DNA of 63,395 nt, filler included, from Octopus bimaculoides (GCF_001194135.2; 5 parts of 5 records of this genome joined end to end with filler, not necessarily neighbours in it); one strand, 5' to 3'. Shown: positions 1 through 12,770, counted from the first letter of the whole stretch. Notes: generated by a model not told the origin, from the sequence alone. Translations and numbers: made by a program.

Positions 1-58
1 ATATCTATATCTATATATATATATATATATCTATATCTATATCTATATATATATATCT

Positions 59-89
<31 letters not shown>

Positions 90-152
90 TATATATATAG
101 ATATCTATGCATATACGTCTACATATACATCTCTCTCTCTTTTTCTCTCTCT
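1..152. repeat. (TA)n/(ATATCT)n then (CT)n microsatellite
   Basis: Direct reading of the simple repeat. Confidence 0.95.
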
Positions 153-1261
153 CTGAAAGTATTTGTCATTACAGTATCGAAATGTGATTGTTTCAGTTAG
201 AATAGTTTCATTTTTAAAGTATTTGACATGAGTGTTTTTGTTTCACTTTTGACACGTAATACTTAAATAGTGGAGGAGATATTATGTTGCCGTGGGCTCG
301 AACTCTGCAAGAAGTTAAAATTTTTTTTTGACTAAAACACAACTGGAACCCTAAGTAAGGCATCTGTAAAATTTGAATAAAATTGGTTGCGTAGTTCTCG
401 AGTTTTAGGGATTCACACACACACACACACATTCTCATTTTTATATATATAGATGACCAACAAGGACATTTAGGATTTCAAGTTGCAAACACCTCTTATA
501 CAACAATTAATTTTCTTCCATGATCATTCCTCTGAATATGTCTCACACTCACAAGAAAACCTTCACTCTTCAGCTGTTTAGAATACTATATTACTCTTTC
601 CCAAAACTAGCATAGTGAAGCAAGTTACTGAGAGTCAAATGTCTTAGACATAGATGCTATACAGTACAAGTAACAGAAAGAAACCACTCTTCTATTCTTC
701 GTGATCCCTCACCCTCAAATACAACTATTTGAGTCTATTTCTATAATAAAAACTTTTTTCAATATGTCTTCAATTAAGTGAAGCATGATAATGCTTACGA
801 GATACAAGTACCAAAACTAAAAAGAATTTATGACAAAGTTATATAAAATTTACTATTCTTTGATACAAACATCAATATGAACTTGGAGAGTTGGTGAAAC
901 TAGAACTTTAACCATTATAGTTATCCATGAATTCAGAGAATGTGTTAATAAACTATGAAAGCTACTTAAATTTACCATCAGCATAAATTACTTCCAGGTC
1001 TTGGCACTAAAATGTATAGCTAGTTAGCTGCTGTGTACAATGCTTATGAAGTTTATAAATTTTACCTTCCAGCATTCAGGTCTAAAGGTGAGCCAGAACT
1101 TGTTTACAATTCATAGACATGCCTCATGTAAATTTCATGAAAACAGCATAAATGTGGTCAGTTCGCATGGTTGCTGAAGGCTTTCCATTAATGTAGAGAG
1201 ATCTCTGCATGACTATCCGTCAGTTTATTAGATCAGAGAATACTGATTCTTTCACGAATTT

Positions 1262-1555
1262 TAGTAATTAGACTGGTCATGTTGGGGCACTACTTGAGTT
1301 ATTGTCAAACAAATCAACATCCCCTGTACATGTTTTTCTTAAAGCCTGGCACTTCATGTATCAGTCTCTAAGTTACAGGGACTGGTTGACAAGCACTGGC
1401 GTGAGAAAGACAAGTTTTCTTTCAGTTTCCATCAACCAAATCCACTCACAAAGGCTTTGTTCAGTCAAACATTAGATATTAGTATTAGTGGGACTGAACT
1501 CAGAACCATATGATTGGGAAATAAACTTCTTACCACACAGCCAGACCTGCACCTG
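1262..1555 (-). mobile_element. Diverged copy of dominant tRNA-headed SINE (SINE-A)
   Basis: Matches motifs shared by many copies here (ttctttcagtttcc..aaatccactcacaaggcttt; gggactgaac..accatat..cttaccacacagcc). Confidence 0.75.
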
Positions 1556-1664
1556 TTTATAGTTTTAACTACCATTAGTATAAATAACATCACCTTAACA
1601 GACCAGTTCAAATCATTTGTAACACACACACACACACACACGTAGAAATGGAATTTGTATTCAC

Positions 1665-1868
1665 CAAACATAATGAGGTATGGAGAATCGCCATGGAGAT
1701 TTTTCTGATCAATATCATCACCGTACAATTTGATGTAGCCACCACCACAGTCAATATTCTGTTCATGTTTCACTGTAAACTGGAGAACAAGTGGTTCGTT
1801 TTCATTGCTGAATTTATCAAGTTTAGCTGAAATTCCATAGAATTTAGCATCTTGTGATGTTTTCAAGC
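1665..1868 (-). CDS. CALR: Calreticulin exon 3 (N-domain: GLKTSQDAKFYGISAKLDKFSNENEPLVLQFTVKHEQNIDCGGGYIKLYGDDIDQKNLHGDSPYLIMFG)
   Basis: Calreticulin signature KHEQNIDCGGGY and YxIMFG; acceptor tttgcag at 1871-1869, donor G|gtgaat at 1664; 204 nt, phase 1/1. Confidence 0.97.
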
Positions 1869-1997
1869 CTGCAAATAGGATTTAGAAAAAAATATTACAA
1901 TGACAGCATGGGCAAAATAAAAATTAGTGACAGCATTATCCATGGGTGAAATATGGATATATTGTATATGGAGTTATGAAATTCTTATTGAGCATAC

Positions 1998-2105
1998 CTT
2001 TGTCTTTGACAGCATCACCATAAAATTTTCCTGCTGATATTTCAAATTTTCCTTGATCACTGCCTTTGTATATTGAGTCGACCCATTTTGATCGCCAAGA
2101 ATCAT
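1998..2105 (-). CDS. CALR: Calreticulin exon 2 (DDSWRSKWVDSIYKGSDQGKFEISAGKFYGDAVKDK)
   Basis: Calreticulin motif GKF..SAGKFYGD..KDKG; acceptor ctatttcag, donor G|gtatgc; 108 nt, phase 1/1. Confidence 0.96.
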
Positions 2106-3249
2106 CTGAAATAGAGAAGTAAGTGCTATTGTAACTTTTAAAAAATCCTTTTCCAGAAAAAAGTAAGGGGGTGGTCTTAAAGTTTACCATAAGAAATGAA
2201 GACGAAATAGCACCACTAGTACAATCTAGAACTTTTAAAACAAGCTTTCTATAATTGTCGTTGGGAACTAATACCTATCACTTTTGATTCAACAATTAAT
2301 TTGTCGAATTAATTATTTTGAAACCCTCTCCACCAAAGCCCAAAATTTAGTAAAAGCAAAAGACAGAAAAAAGTACAAAACTTTGAAAGCAGTGTTACAA
2401 GTTAACCAGGTAAATGAATTAACATTTTCACGTGACCTTAAAAAGAAACTATTTTGCCCACGCCCCCTACTATATATGTCAGTGACTACAAGCTTGAAAT
2501 AAAATAAGCATGTAACAATATCAGTAATTATGTTACAGGGGAAAATACCCCAAGAGACCACTCTGTACACTAAATACAAGTCCGGCAGAGTCTCACATGT
2601 AATAGGAGAGGAGTTGAAAAACTTCGAGTAAACAACCGTGCAATAGAAAATGAAGTTTTTCAACTCCTTATATTACATATGCGCAACCCAACCCGTATTT
2701 GTATGGAAAAATATGCAAGCTACGGATTTCTTTCGGTAAAGCAATCCGATATAGAAAGCAGATATGGCGATAACAGTTTTAAAACTGTAAGTAGCTCTAT
2801 TTGCTTTGCTCAAACCAATTTTTCTTGAGAAAATATTTATTACCATTAAAATGTGTATAATTTCTATTCAAGTGTAGTGTGTAGGTTAAAGCATTACCGA
2901 AATAACATTTAAATACTGCGCGAGATAAATATTTCATCTGCTAACAAGGATTAACTGATATGCCATAAAGCCAAACCTTATTTCTTACATAGTTAACCCT
3001 CATATTTTATTTAGAATGCAAAATTTTTAAACGGTGTTATCGAGTACCGGTCAGGGTTTTAAAATAATTTTAGAATTCCGGGCTACAAATTAGTATCAAA
3101 TTTTGTAAGGAAAACAACTAAAGTCCCCAACATTGCATAAATTCTTCACTGGTCTTGGCAGAGATAAAATAAAGGCACAAACTAGCAATCACTGAAACAA
3201 ACTGCAATGCAGCTGGCTGCACCAAGGGAGGTCTGCTGAGGGAGAAGAC

Positions 3250-3720
3250 TGTGGCAGACGCATTCATTCTTACACACGTGGATATTAATTCAAGAATAAA
3301 AGCAGGGTTGGCATGGAATCAAATTATATCTAGAGTATAGGAAACAAAAAACAAATGTAAATCCAGATATGCTCACATGTATCAGATAAACTACAGAAAA
3401 AAAAATCATGTAGAAACCGATAAGAAAGACCACATGCCGCTTCAGATATATCCGCATTTTGTTCCAAACGTAAATGCTAGTGAGATCAGCCACCAGAATT
3501 GGTGGCCCAGAGTGGTTGACATAGTTCAGAGAAAAGATGGACGGCAACACATACCCGTAAAGCCGACCTCTATTCGGCAAAAACTTGTTTTAGACAGAAG
3601 GAACAAAATCAGACAACTATAACCCACTTATATCTAATCTGTAATGATAAAGAGCATTTACAAGAAAAATCTCCATCAAGGAAACCATTATGGCACTACC
3701 GAGACCTACACAACCCGGCA
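3250..3720 (+). mobile_element. Possible highly degraded LINE RT C-terminal remnant in CALR intron 1
   Basis: Broken-frame peptides (DINSRIKAGLAWNQI; KMDGNTYP) loosely resemble the post-RT region of RTE/L2-like LINEs; many stops. Confidence 0.3.
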
Positions 3721-6172
3721 ATAAGTATTTTTTAATGTTTTGATCTAATCAGGACAAATTAGACAAAAAAAAAAGCCCAAAATATACTGCATGGTCTGTA
3801 TTCCCCACTTCTTTTCCCAGATGGTTTAACCGTACTGGAAAAAAAAGTTCTAATACACCAGCATCAGCGCAATACCTTCAGAATTATTTCTAATTCTTTT
3901 TCTACCTTTCTATTTCCAATGATTCGCAGAAATTAATTATTAAAGAATATGACAGTTGCGTCGAACATCAATAAGCTCTTGGATAGAGAGAGAATAATTT
4001 CCAAGAGTGGAGGAAGTGATATGGTGGTTGAATGAAATAACCTAGCAGCATATTTCTGACACATCAGCAATGATAATGTCTAACAAAAAAAAACAGGGAC
4101 AGAAATTTTGCCGGCGGGGAATAGTATTATATTATCAGTTTAATTCAACACATTTTATCGAACCCGGCGCGATTTTAACTCCAAAAAAGAATCTTAACCA
4201 AATAACGCTCCATCGAGTAAGAATAATAATTCCTAACCCTGACAGAATAACCATAAATATTGCAAGTGTTGCTATTTAATCAGTTCCAATTTTTGGAACA
4301 TACACAGAAAATAGTGTATATTTAATACATGGCGTGGAGGAATCATCGCTTCGACAGTCTTCATTAATTTTTTTCTTAATATGAACCTAATGTGTATATA
4401 CTTTTGTATTTATATATGCATATTTCGTTGTTGGTCAATTCCTTAGGAGCTGGAGTTTCACTGCGAGGGGAGAGCATTAATATTTCTTTTCTTTACTTTG
4501 GAATCTTAGCTTCGTTAATTGATTTTTTTAAAGACGAACAAACCCAGATAAAATTCTAACTGAACATAAACTTAGATTACCAATTTGAATTTGGGACCGT
4601 AAGATCGAGAATACCGAATACATAACATTCGGGGTATTTTGAATAGATATCTATTTTTCTGCATAACCGAAGACACAGATGCATATAATCAGCAGCAATT
4701 GGAAGTCTGAGAAAATACCGAAACACACACACACACATGGCTTTTGAGTTTTCTGGCAGTTTCTCCAGCCTATCATTGAATTGCATATGAAGACTAATAT
4801 TATTACTGCCGCTGTTTAACTGAACCTACGTTGATAGGCGTTCCAGCCATGACCACCCTTTTATTATATATTTGGTCCAGATGGACTATATGTAATCTGA
4901 AGCTTTCCTCCCTTGTTTTATTTATTATTTTTTTTACGGAATCCCACGTTTTAGGCTATGGAGATTCCGATTCTGAATTTTTTTTTTCAAAAATCTCAAT
5001 TTCAAAATTTCGATCCCCCCCCCCCGGTTTTTATATAGATCCACAGGGTAAACCTAACCCTAACCCTAGTTTTGTGAGATTTGGCTGTTATTTCTAGCAT
5101 GTAAATAGCCTGCTTGGGGGGGGGGGATTGAAATTTTTCAAAAATCTCTACCATATATTTTAAGGGTTAGTGTTCAATGTGTTTTTTTTTAAGATAGTGA
5201 TTCAAAGACGTTTGCTATTCCTAGCAGGTGGAGTAGTAGCTATTAACATCATTAGGGTCGTCCCTTGTGGGTTGTCCTCAATGTTTTGGGCCCTTGTGGC
5301 CAATAAAAGAAAGGCATACATTGGATTGACAGAATCATTAGAGCCTCGAACAAAACTCCTAATGGCATTTCTTTCAGCTTTATTGTTCAGGGGTTCAAAT
5401 CCCGCTGAGGCAATCTGTAGCTATTAGTCTTACGTTGTAAATAAAATAAAGTACCAATCAGGTACTGAGATCGATATGACTTATGATTAGAATAAAAACA
5501 TTACTATTAATATTAGACCCAAGTTAGAGATCATCGTAGATTTACATTTAATGAGCGTTAAAAGGAAGGCGTTTATGGACATTTTGAAATTATATTTCAT
5601 GAAACATTGCAAACAACTTTTAGCTTCTTTTATTTAAAAAAAAATAATAATCAAAGTGTCAATAAAACTGCTAATCCATGGAACCGAGTCCTGCTACAGA
5701 CTGCAAAGAGGTTTCGATTCCAGGTCAAAGCCATTTTTCTAGACTAAATAAAATCTTCAATAAAAAGAACTGGATTGAGCACATTTTTTCATATTCTAAG
5801 CTCCTCTCAATACAACTGAGGATGTAATTAATGAAAACAAAATCAACGTATGGATTTTTTTATTTTTTTAATTTATCTGTGTATTTTTCATTTCGGTTTT
5901 TTTTTTCTCAACAAGCAAGGCAATATCTGTTTCCAAAATATATATTTCAATCCCTAGCTTCCAATTGAGATTTTTAATTTAGTTAAATCGTTTTATTCTC
6001 GTTCAACTAAGTGGAATATCTGAAACTGCAGTAAAAATAAGGGAACAATATTGACACAAGTAATATTGCCCGTCGTCCCCAAATAATTAAAATAATGCGA
6101 TGATGGTAACAACGATGTTAATGTTGTTGATGATGAAGAGGGATTTAAAAAAAGAGAAAGTTTGTTACTCAC

Positions 6173-6260
6173 CAATGAATTCTTCTTTGAAATACACTTT
6201 CGCATTAGAAAGAGCAACTAAAACTAAGAAAAGCCCTCCGGATAGCGTAAGGCGCTCCAT
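6173..6260 (-). CDS. CALR: Calreticulin exon 1 (signal peptide + MERLTLSGGLFLVLVALSNAKVYFKEEFI)
   Basis: ATG at 6260 in aaaatATGG context, hydrophobic signal peptide, conserved VYFKEEF, donor G|gtgagt; 88 nt, splices in frame to exon 2 (G|AT = Asp). Not in the supplied ORF track. Confidence 0.93.
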
Positions 6261-6432
6261 ATTTTTTTTATTATTTATTGGTTTGTTTTAAAAAAAAATT
6301 TTTTCTTTTTGGGGGTCGAGCAGACACTTGCGTCAAATTGAAACCACGGCGCCGACTGAAGGCCAAGAGGGTTTTGTAGCGATATTTGTTAGAGAGAGGT
6401 GGAGGTGAGGGGGAGGACATGTGATGAAGACA

Positions 6433-6451
6433 GATGGAAGCTCTTCATTGG
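6433..6451 (-). promoter_or_regulatory. Second, imperfect ERSE (CCAAT-gaagagctt-CCATC)
   Basis: CCAAT-N9 spacing with CCATC instead of CCACG, back-to-back with the perfect ERSE. Confidence 0.5.
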
Positions 6452-6464
6452 TCGAGACGTTCAA

Positions 6465-6483
6465 CCAATCGTAGCTCACCACG
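6465..6483 (+). promoter_or_regulatory. ER stress response element ERSE (CCAAT-cgtagctca-CCACG)
   Basis: Exact CCAAT-N9-CCACG consensus about 205 bp upstream of the CALR ATG. Confidence 0.85.
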
Positions 6484-7519
6484 CGCAATGCAGCCGTTGT
6501 TCAATCGAAATATCAAACGTTAGTTACATTAGTGTGTGTAATTCATTTTGAGAATAAATTCTACGGTAGCCCCAACCTGCAACAAATGTTATAAATGCAA
6601 ACCTAGTTCTCATTCATTCCGCCACAACCACTGCCAGTTGTTGCTGTCGTCGTCATGAATGTCACCACTGCCACCATCATCATCATTATGGTCACCAAGT
6701 TTCCTTTTTCGTCTTATCGTCATTCATCATCACCTTCGTTATCGTCATCAAGCTTTGCTCTTTATCTTATTGTCATCATAATCATCATTTACTCATATAT
6801 TTGTATCTAAAATGTGTTTGAGTGCTTGTCCGTGAATAGTGCAACTTGATAACTCCTGACAAACCAAGTCCGTGAGTGATCCGAGTTCAGTTCTCAGTTC
6901 CAACTATTTCACTTAATCCTTCTGGGAAAACCAGGAACGCCATAACGGTTATTTTCCTCCCATAAAATACATAACAAATGATCAATAAAAATGAATGCTT
7001 CTGGTCATAAACATTCGGGGTTTAACGCGGTTATTCCTGGAGGAGGGATAACCCCAGTTCAGCCTTGATCGAGTAGCTCTCTAACCACGAGCATTCCAGC
7101 TGTTTCTTTCCCGTTTTTTTTTTCTTTTACGGATATGTAGGTCTAAGTTATCCAGTGTGTTCTGCGTATCCATATGTAGGGTGTTGGTTGAGGGAGATTT
7201 AGCTGCTATTTCTAGCAGGTTAACGGTCACATAGTGGTTACTTCAATGTTTGTCCCTATTTAGATGTGTGTACGCTCAGAACTGGCAGCAGAAATTTAGC
7301 AAAGTGAAACAAGGTTACTTTACCCTTTCTCTTCCCCTTGTCCTAGTAAGTGATTGGAGGCTCCTTCCCATCATCAGAAATTTGGGAGGCCCCCTCTGAG
7401 ATGTCTGGGACAAATGTACTAGGCCATGCATATGCTCACTTATGTATGCCTATATTTGTATTAATTTACTTTACATCTTTACTAGTTTCAGTAATTTTGG
7501 TTGAGGCCATTAAGTGCCG

Positions 7520-7870
7520 ACATGGCTGTGTAGTTAAGAAGTTCACTTCCCAACCTTGTGGTTTGGGGTTTTTAATCCCACTGTGCAGCACCTACTATAG
7601 CTCCTACCCAACTGATGCTTCGTGAGTGAATTTTGTATCCAGAAACTGTGTGTAAGGCCATAATGTGTGTGTATTTGTGCCCTGCTTTTCCCCACTTGAC
7701 AACTGGTATCCATTTACATACCCCATAACTTAACAGTTCAATCCAAGAGATCAATAGAATAGGTACCAGATTTTAAAATTTAGTATACAGGGCATCAATT
7801 TATTTGGCTAAACTCTTCAGGCTGATGCCCCAGCATAGCTGCAGTCCAAGGGCTGAAACAAATAAAAGAT
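7520..7870 (+). mobile_element. SINE-A, near full length
   Basis: tRNA-like head (ggctgtgtagttaagaag..caaccttgtggtttggggtt), body, and 3' end ccagcatagctgcagtcc..ctgaaacaaataaaaga. Confidence 0.8.
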
Positions 7871-8404
7871 AAATGAGAGACTACAATAAATTTAAAATAA
7901 TAGCATTCCTTGTACAACCAGAAATGTGGACTTCTACTGGCCTAAGTGATACAATAAGTCAATGTATTTAAAAAGCATGTGGTGTTCACTTCCAAAAGAT
8001 CATAATTACACATTTGTGTGATACAGTAATTCATAAAGAGAAAAATAACAATTTTCACTTAAAGCATGAATGAAACTTTGAGTTAAAACACTAATGAGGT
8101 TACAACACTAATGAAAGTTTAAGTAAAAATTGTTGCAAAAGTAACATTACATATGCCTAAAATCCTCTCTCTCTGTCTCTTTCTCTCCTTCAGTTAGAAG
8201 GGCTCCTCTTAGCTCCTTTTGTCTTGCCTATAAACACTTTCATTGGTAGTTGTTTGTCTCTATTTCACTTGTTTTCCTTTTTCCGGAAATGTAACAACAC
8301 CAAGATCAGTTAAAAACTAAAAATGAAGCATTTAAAAGACATAATGGACGTCCATTGAAAAGGTACAGATCAGTGTCATGAAAAGTATTTTAGGGGACAT
8401 AAAC

Positions 8405-9190
8405 AAACATCATCATCATCATCGTTTAACGTCCGCTTTCCATGCTAGCATGGGTTGGACGATTTGACTGAGGACTGGCAAACCAGATGGCTGTAACAGG
8501 CTCCAATCTGATCTGGCAGAGTTTCTACAGCTGGATGCCCTTCCTAACGCCAACCACTCCGAGAGTGTAGTGGGTGCTTTTATGTGCCACCAGCACAAGG
8601 GCCAGTCTGGCGTTGCTGGCAACAGCCACGCTCAAATGGTGTTTTTACATGTCACCTGCATAGGAGTCAGTCCAGCAGCACTGACAATGACCTCGCTCGA
8701 ATGTTTATTCATGTGCCACCGGCACAAGTGCCAGTAAGACGACACTGGTAACAATCACACTCAAATGGTGCTTTTCACGTGCCACCGGCACGGAAGCCAG
8801 ACCGCCGCTCGGATGGTGCTGTTAGCACTCCACTGGCACAGGTGCCAGTCATCAAATTTGGTTCAGTTACAATTTCACGAAGGAAGGTTGGCATGGGTGC
8901 CAGTCATCGAATTTGGTTCGATTTCAATTTCGATTTCACTTGCCTCAACAGGTCTTTGCAAGCAGGGATTTGTGTCCAAAGAAGGAAAGGTATGCATAAG
9001 TAGGCTGGCTACACCCCTGGNNNNNNNNNNTTGTGTCCAAAGAAGGAAAGGTATGCATAAGTAGGCTGGCTACACCCCTGGTAAAGGCCATGGGTTATGG
9101 TCTCACTTGTCTTGCCGGGTCTTCTCACGCACAGCATATTTCCAAAGGTCTCGGTCACTAGTCATTGCCTCACCGAGGCAATGACTAGTG
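8405..9190 (-). mobile_element. RTE-clade LINE 3' end (long 3' UTR with internal tandem units, (GAT)n tail)
   Basis: catcatcatcgtttaacgtccgctttccatgc tail and body shared with 16733-17285, which carries RTE C-terminal coding sequence. Confidence 0.8.
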
Positions 9191-9984
9191 CGTAAGCTCG
9201 CAAGGAATGAAGCCAGTATGCTCCGATGGATGTGTAATGTCAGTGTGCATACTTGACAGACACCAGTCTATTGCAGTGTTACTCACTTACAGTGAGTGAA
9301 CTGGAGGAATGTGAAATAAAGTGTTTTGCTCAAGAACACAAAACACTGCCCTGTATGGGAATAGAAACCACAATCTTGTGATCATGAGTGCAACACCCTA
9401 ATCACTTGGCCATGAGCCTTTATTCTGAATGCTTGTATAAGTTTTATTTATTATGTCTTTTCCCAAATATAACAATATTGGTTTCATCACATGGTTTCAG
9501 ATTAAAATTCTTGCAAAATAAATTCAAAATAAAAAAATATTTATTTCTAACTCAGACACTATGCACAACTTTAGGGAGAGGTGAACTGTCAACAAAATTA
9601 ATCTTAGTGTTTAGCTAGTGCTTGTTTTATCTTTCATCCTTGCCACATTCCTCCAACCCACTATAATAAATGGCAGTCAATCCTGGGCAGATCTGAAATC
9701 AGAAATACAAAGGGAAGTAACTAAACACTACCAGATGTTTTATTTGGTGCTTTGTCATTTCTGCTACTCCCTCACCTCTCCACAATAATAATGAGAAAGT
9801 ACTCTATATGGTTGCTCTACCTGCTATCAGTAGCAGCCCAATCTTCCTCAAAGTTCAAACTTTTCGTCTTGTTTGGGAATTTGGTAGATGGAAACTGTAT
9901 GGAAGCTTGTGTGTGTGTGTGTGCATGTATGTATGTGTTTTATGTGTGTGTGTGTGTCTTTGTCTTTAACATTACTTGACCACA

Positions 9985-10800
9985 TCATCATCATCATTTA
10001 ACATCCAATTTCCGTGCTGGCATGGCCAGAGAGCTACACCAGGTTCCAGTCTGATTTGGCATGGTTTCTATGTCTGGATGCCCTTCCTAATGTCAACCAC
10101 TCCAAAAGGGTAATGCTTTTTATGTGCCACTGGCATGGGTACCAGTTATATGGGTACACCGGCATTGGCCACAACTATGATTTCACTTGGTTTCATGAGT
10201 CTTCTCAAGCACAGCATATCGCGAAAGGTCTCAGCCACTTGCTATCACCTCTATGAGGCCCTACATTCAAAGATCATCTCATGACTTCCTGGGTCTACCT
10301 CTTCCACAGGTTTCTTCCACAGCTAGAGATCAGCACTTCTTTACACAGCTGTCCTTGTCCATACACATCACCAGACCATACCAACACAGTCATCTCTCTT
10401 GCACACCACATCTCATGCCTCTTATGCCCAGCTTTTCTTTCTAGACGCTTACATTCTGCCATACATGCACACTGACATTGTACATCCAGCAAAGCATACT
10501 AGCTTAATTTCTTTCAAGCCTTTGCATATCCTCTGTGGTCACAGCCACTGTGTAGCATGGTTTTTCACACACAGACATCTGCCTTTCACTCTGAGGCAGA
10601 GAGGCTCTTTGTTAACAACAAAGGTAAAAGTTCTCTGAACTTTGCCAAGCCTATTTTTATTCTAGCAGCTACACTCTTGGAGCATCCACCTCTGTTGCTG
10701 ACTTAGTCACCTAGATAACGGAAGCTATCAGTTACTACTATCTACTTCTTCCTGTTACTGTGTTAATTTCTGTACACCCTGATAATTTAGCAGTGCAGCA
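9985..10800 (-). mobile_element. 5'-truncated RTE LINE with decayed RT C-terminus
   Basis: Broken translation gives YLGD..GGCSKSVAARIKIGLAKFRELLPLL..RLERN..MLCWM..CVKKC..VEETCGRGRPRKS, typical of RTE; shared 3' UTR and (GAT)n tail. Confidence 0.85.
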
Positions 10801-11506
10801 AAAAGAAACCGCTGGGACACATACTACGCTTAAAATAAATACTAGGGGCAATTTGTTTGACTAAACTCTTCAAGGTAATGCTCCAGCATGGCAGCAGTCA
10901 AGTGACTGAAACATGTAAAAGAATATAAAGAAAAACAAAAGAACATATTGAATAAACGCAGTCGAAGATGTCTGCAGAAACTAAACTGGTCATAGGTCTT
11001 CTCAAGCAATACTGACCTAAAGTTAAACAAAGTAACAATTGCTTTTAACAGAAGCACAAGGTTCACACATACTGAAATGAGTTTGTACATATTTTATCAA
11101 CTCTAGAAAAGATGGAAGGTAGTGTTCACTTCAGGAAGAATTTAAACTGTGGCAGTAAAAAAGACTGCATTATTGTGTTTAACTCCTTACCTATTTACTC
11201 AGTTCACTATTCCTAACAAGCATTATAATAACTAGCAGAATCTGTGAAAATTTCATGGTACGTGTCAGCATATTTAATAACATTATGTAAATTAGGAATT
11301 CCTTCATAGAGTAACTGCTGCATTTGTTGAGTATATAAACAGTTTGGCTGCTTGCTTCTCAGGAGACTGTCAGAATGATTTGGACATCTCTGATGAAAAC
11401 CCAATAAGGAAAATTGATTAAGGTTGTTCATCATTTTCCTTTTTTTCAGTCTGTGGAGAAATGGCTAAAATTTACCCTGTTTATAATTATACCATTTGTT
11501 ACATAT

Positions 11507-11830
11507 ATATATCATCATCATCATCATCATCGTTTAACGTCCGCTTTCCATGCCAGCATGGGTTGGACGATTTGACTGAGGACTGGTGCAACCGGATGGC
11601 TACACCAGGCTCCAATCTAATTTGGCAGAGTTTCTACAGCTGGATGCCCTTCCTAACGCCAACCACTCAGAGAGTGTAGTGGGTGCTTTTACGTGTCACC
11701 CACACGAAAACGGCCACGCTCGAAATGGTGTCTTTTATGTGCCACCCGCACAAGAGCCAGTCCAGGGGCACTGGCAACGATCTCGCTCGAAAACCCTACA
11801 AGGCCAGTCAGGCGGTACTGGCAACGGTCA
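11507..11830 (-). mobile_element. RTE LINE 3' UTR fragment
   Basis: Near-identical to 16733-17040. Confidence 0.85.
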
Positions 11831-12207
11831 CACACAGTGATACCTTACAGAATGTGTTTAATTTGTTCCATGACCAAGTTCGTCTTAGGATTTACTCGTT
11901 TTACAAATCAATTTTCCCTTTTGAAAACTAAAATATAATTAATCCATTCCAGCCCCCAAAATCCATTCATAAATAATTTTTTATGGGTTTTGAAACAGAA
12001 AAGGTGCAGTTACAAGTAAAATGACAATTATAAAAAAGAGAATGCAAAGGAAATATGTAAACTGGTTTTATTAACTGAATTACCTTAAAGATGGGATTAT
12101 TCGTGTGGTCATACTGTGGATTTCCGCCCGTACTTCAAGACAAAAATTAACACTAGTCTTAGCTTGTACAGCAAATTACACATACAATGGTGTGTATATC
12201 TACATAC

Positions 12208-12241
<34 letters not shown>

Positions 12242-12410
12242 ATGTATGTATTTAAACGAGTATACTTGTATCTGTATAGATGTGTATCTGTGAGTGTACA
12301 TGTGTGTGCATGTGGGTGGGTTTGCAATTCTCAAAAGTGATCTCAGCTACAGGTAGTGACATTGCTGTCCATTTCCCATGTCAATAATTTGTCCACTCTC
12401 TTTTAAATAG

Positions 12411-12439
12411 GATATATCCAACATGAGAAACAAGTAAAG
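12411..12439 (+). CDS. Candidate micro-exon of unidentified plus-strand gene (GYIQHEKQVK)
   Basis: Acceptor ccactctcttttaaatag, donor AAG|gtaaac; ends in phase 0, compatible with 13359; no homology recognised. Confidence 0.2.
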
Positions 12440-12542
12440 GTAAACATAAAAAATGGCATCTGACTGTGAAGCAAATCCCTCAATACTATGTTCGTCTAAT
12501 TCGTGCTAGTATGGAAAAATGAATGTGAAACAAACAAGCTAT

Positions 12543-12770
12543 GTCATCATCATCATCATCATCATTTAACATTTATTTTCCATGCTGGCATGGGTCGGAT
12601 GCAAATGAGTTAGAGGACTGTTTTATGTTCCAGTGTTTGCTTTGGCACTGTTTCTTACAGTTGGTTGCCCTTTCTAATGCCAACCACTTTACAACATGTA
12701 TTGGGTGCTTTTCCCATGGCACCAACACCAGTGAGATTACCATGCAGCCTGCAAGACTACGATTTCCTTC
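12543..12770 (-). mobile_element. Diverged RTE-type 3' end fragment
   Basis: catcatcatttaacatttattttccatgctggcatggg tail; gccctttctaatgccaaccact motif. Confidence 0.7.

Noticed and set aside
1-1664. Calreticulin exon 4 (PDICG..KKVHVIF)
   Set aside because: Not found on the minus strand in this interval; the gene continues beyond the window start
2313-2663. 116-aa minus ORF as a CALR first exon
   Set aside because: No calreticulin similarity; the true exon 1 is at 6173-6260
5055-5070. aaccctaaccctag as telomeric sequence
   Set aside because: Only about 2 units, embedded in dispersed-repeat sequence
8970-9081. 51-bp direct repeat around a 10-N gap
   Set aside because: Typical unmerged contig overlap; same at 44010-44096
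9791-9895. Signal-peptide-like ORF MRKYSIWLLYLLSVAAQSSS
   Set aside because: No convincing donor; runs into SINE-derived gaatttggtagatggaaactg
11191-11450. Minus-strand AG/GT-bounded segment with 73-aa ORF, and an overlapping 41-codon plus frame (EFLHRVTAAF..)
   Set aside because: Both frames end in stops before a donor and match nothing I recognise; cannot be chained reliably, though not excluded as UTR or lncRNA exon
11586-11840. 84-aa and 100-aa duplicated ORFs (also 16799-17101) as a gene pair
   Set aside because: Antisense reading of the RTE 3' UTR
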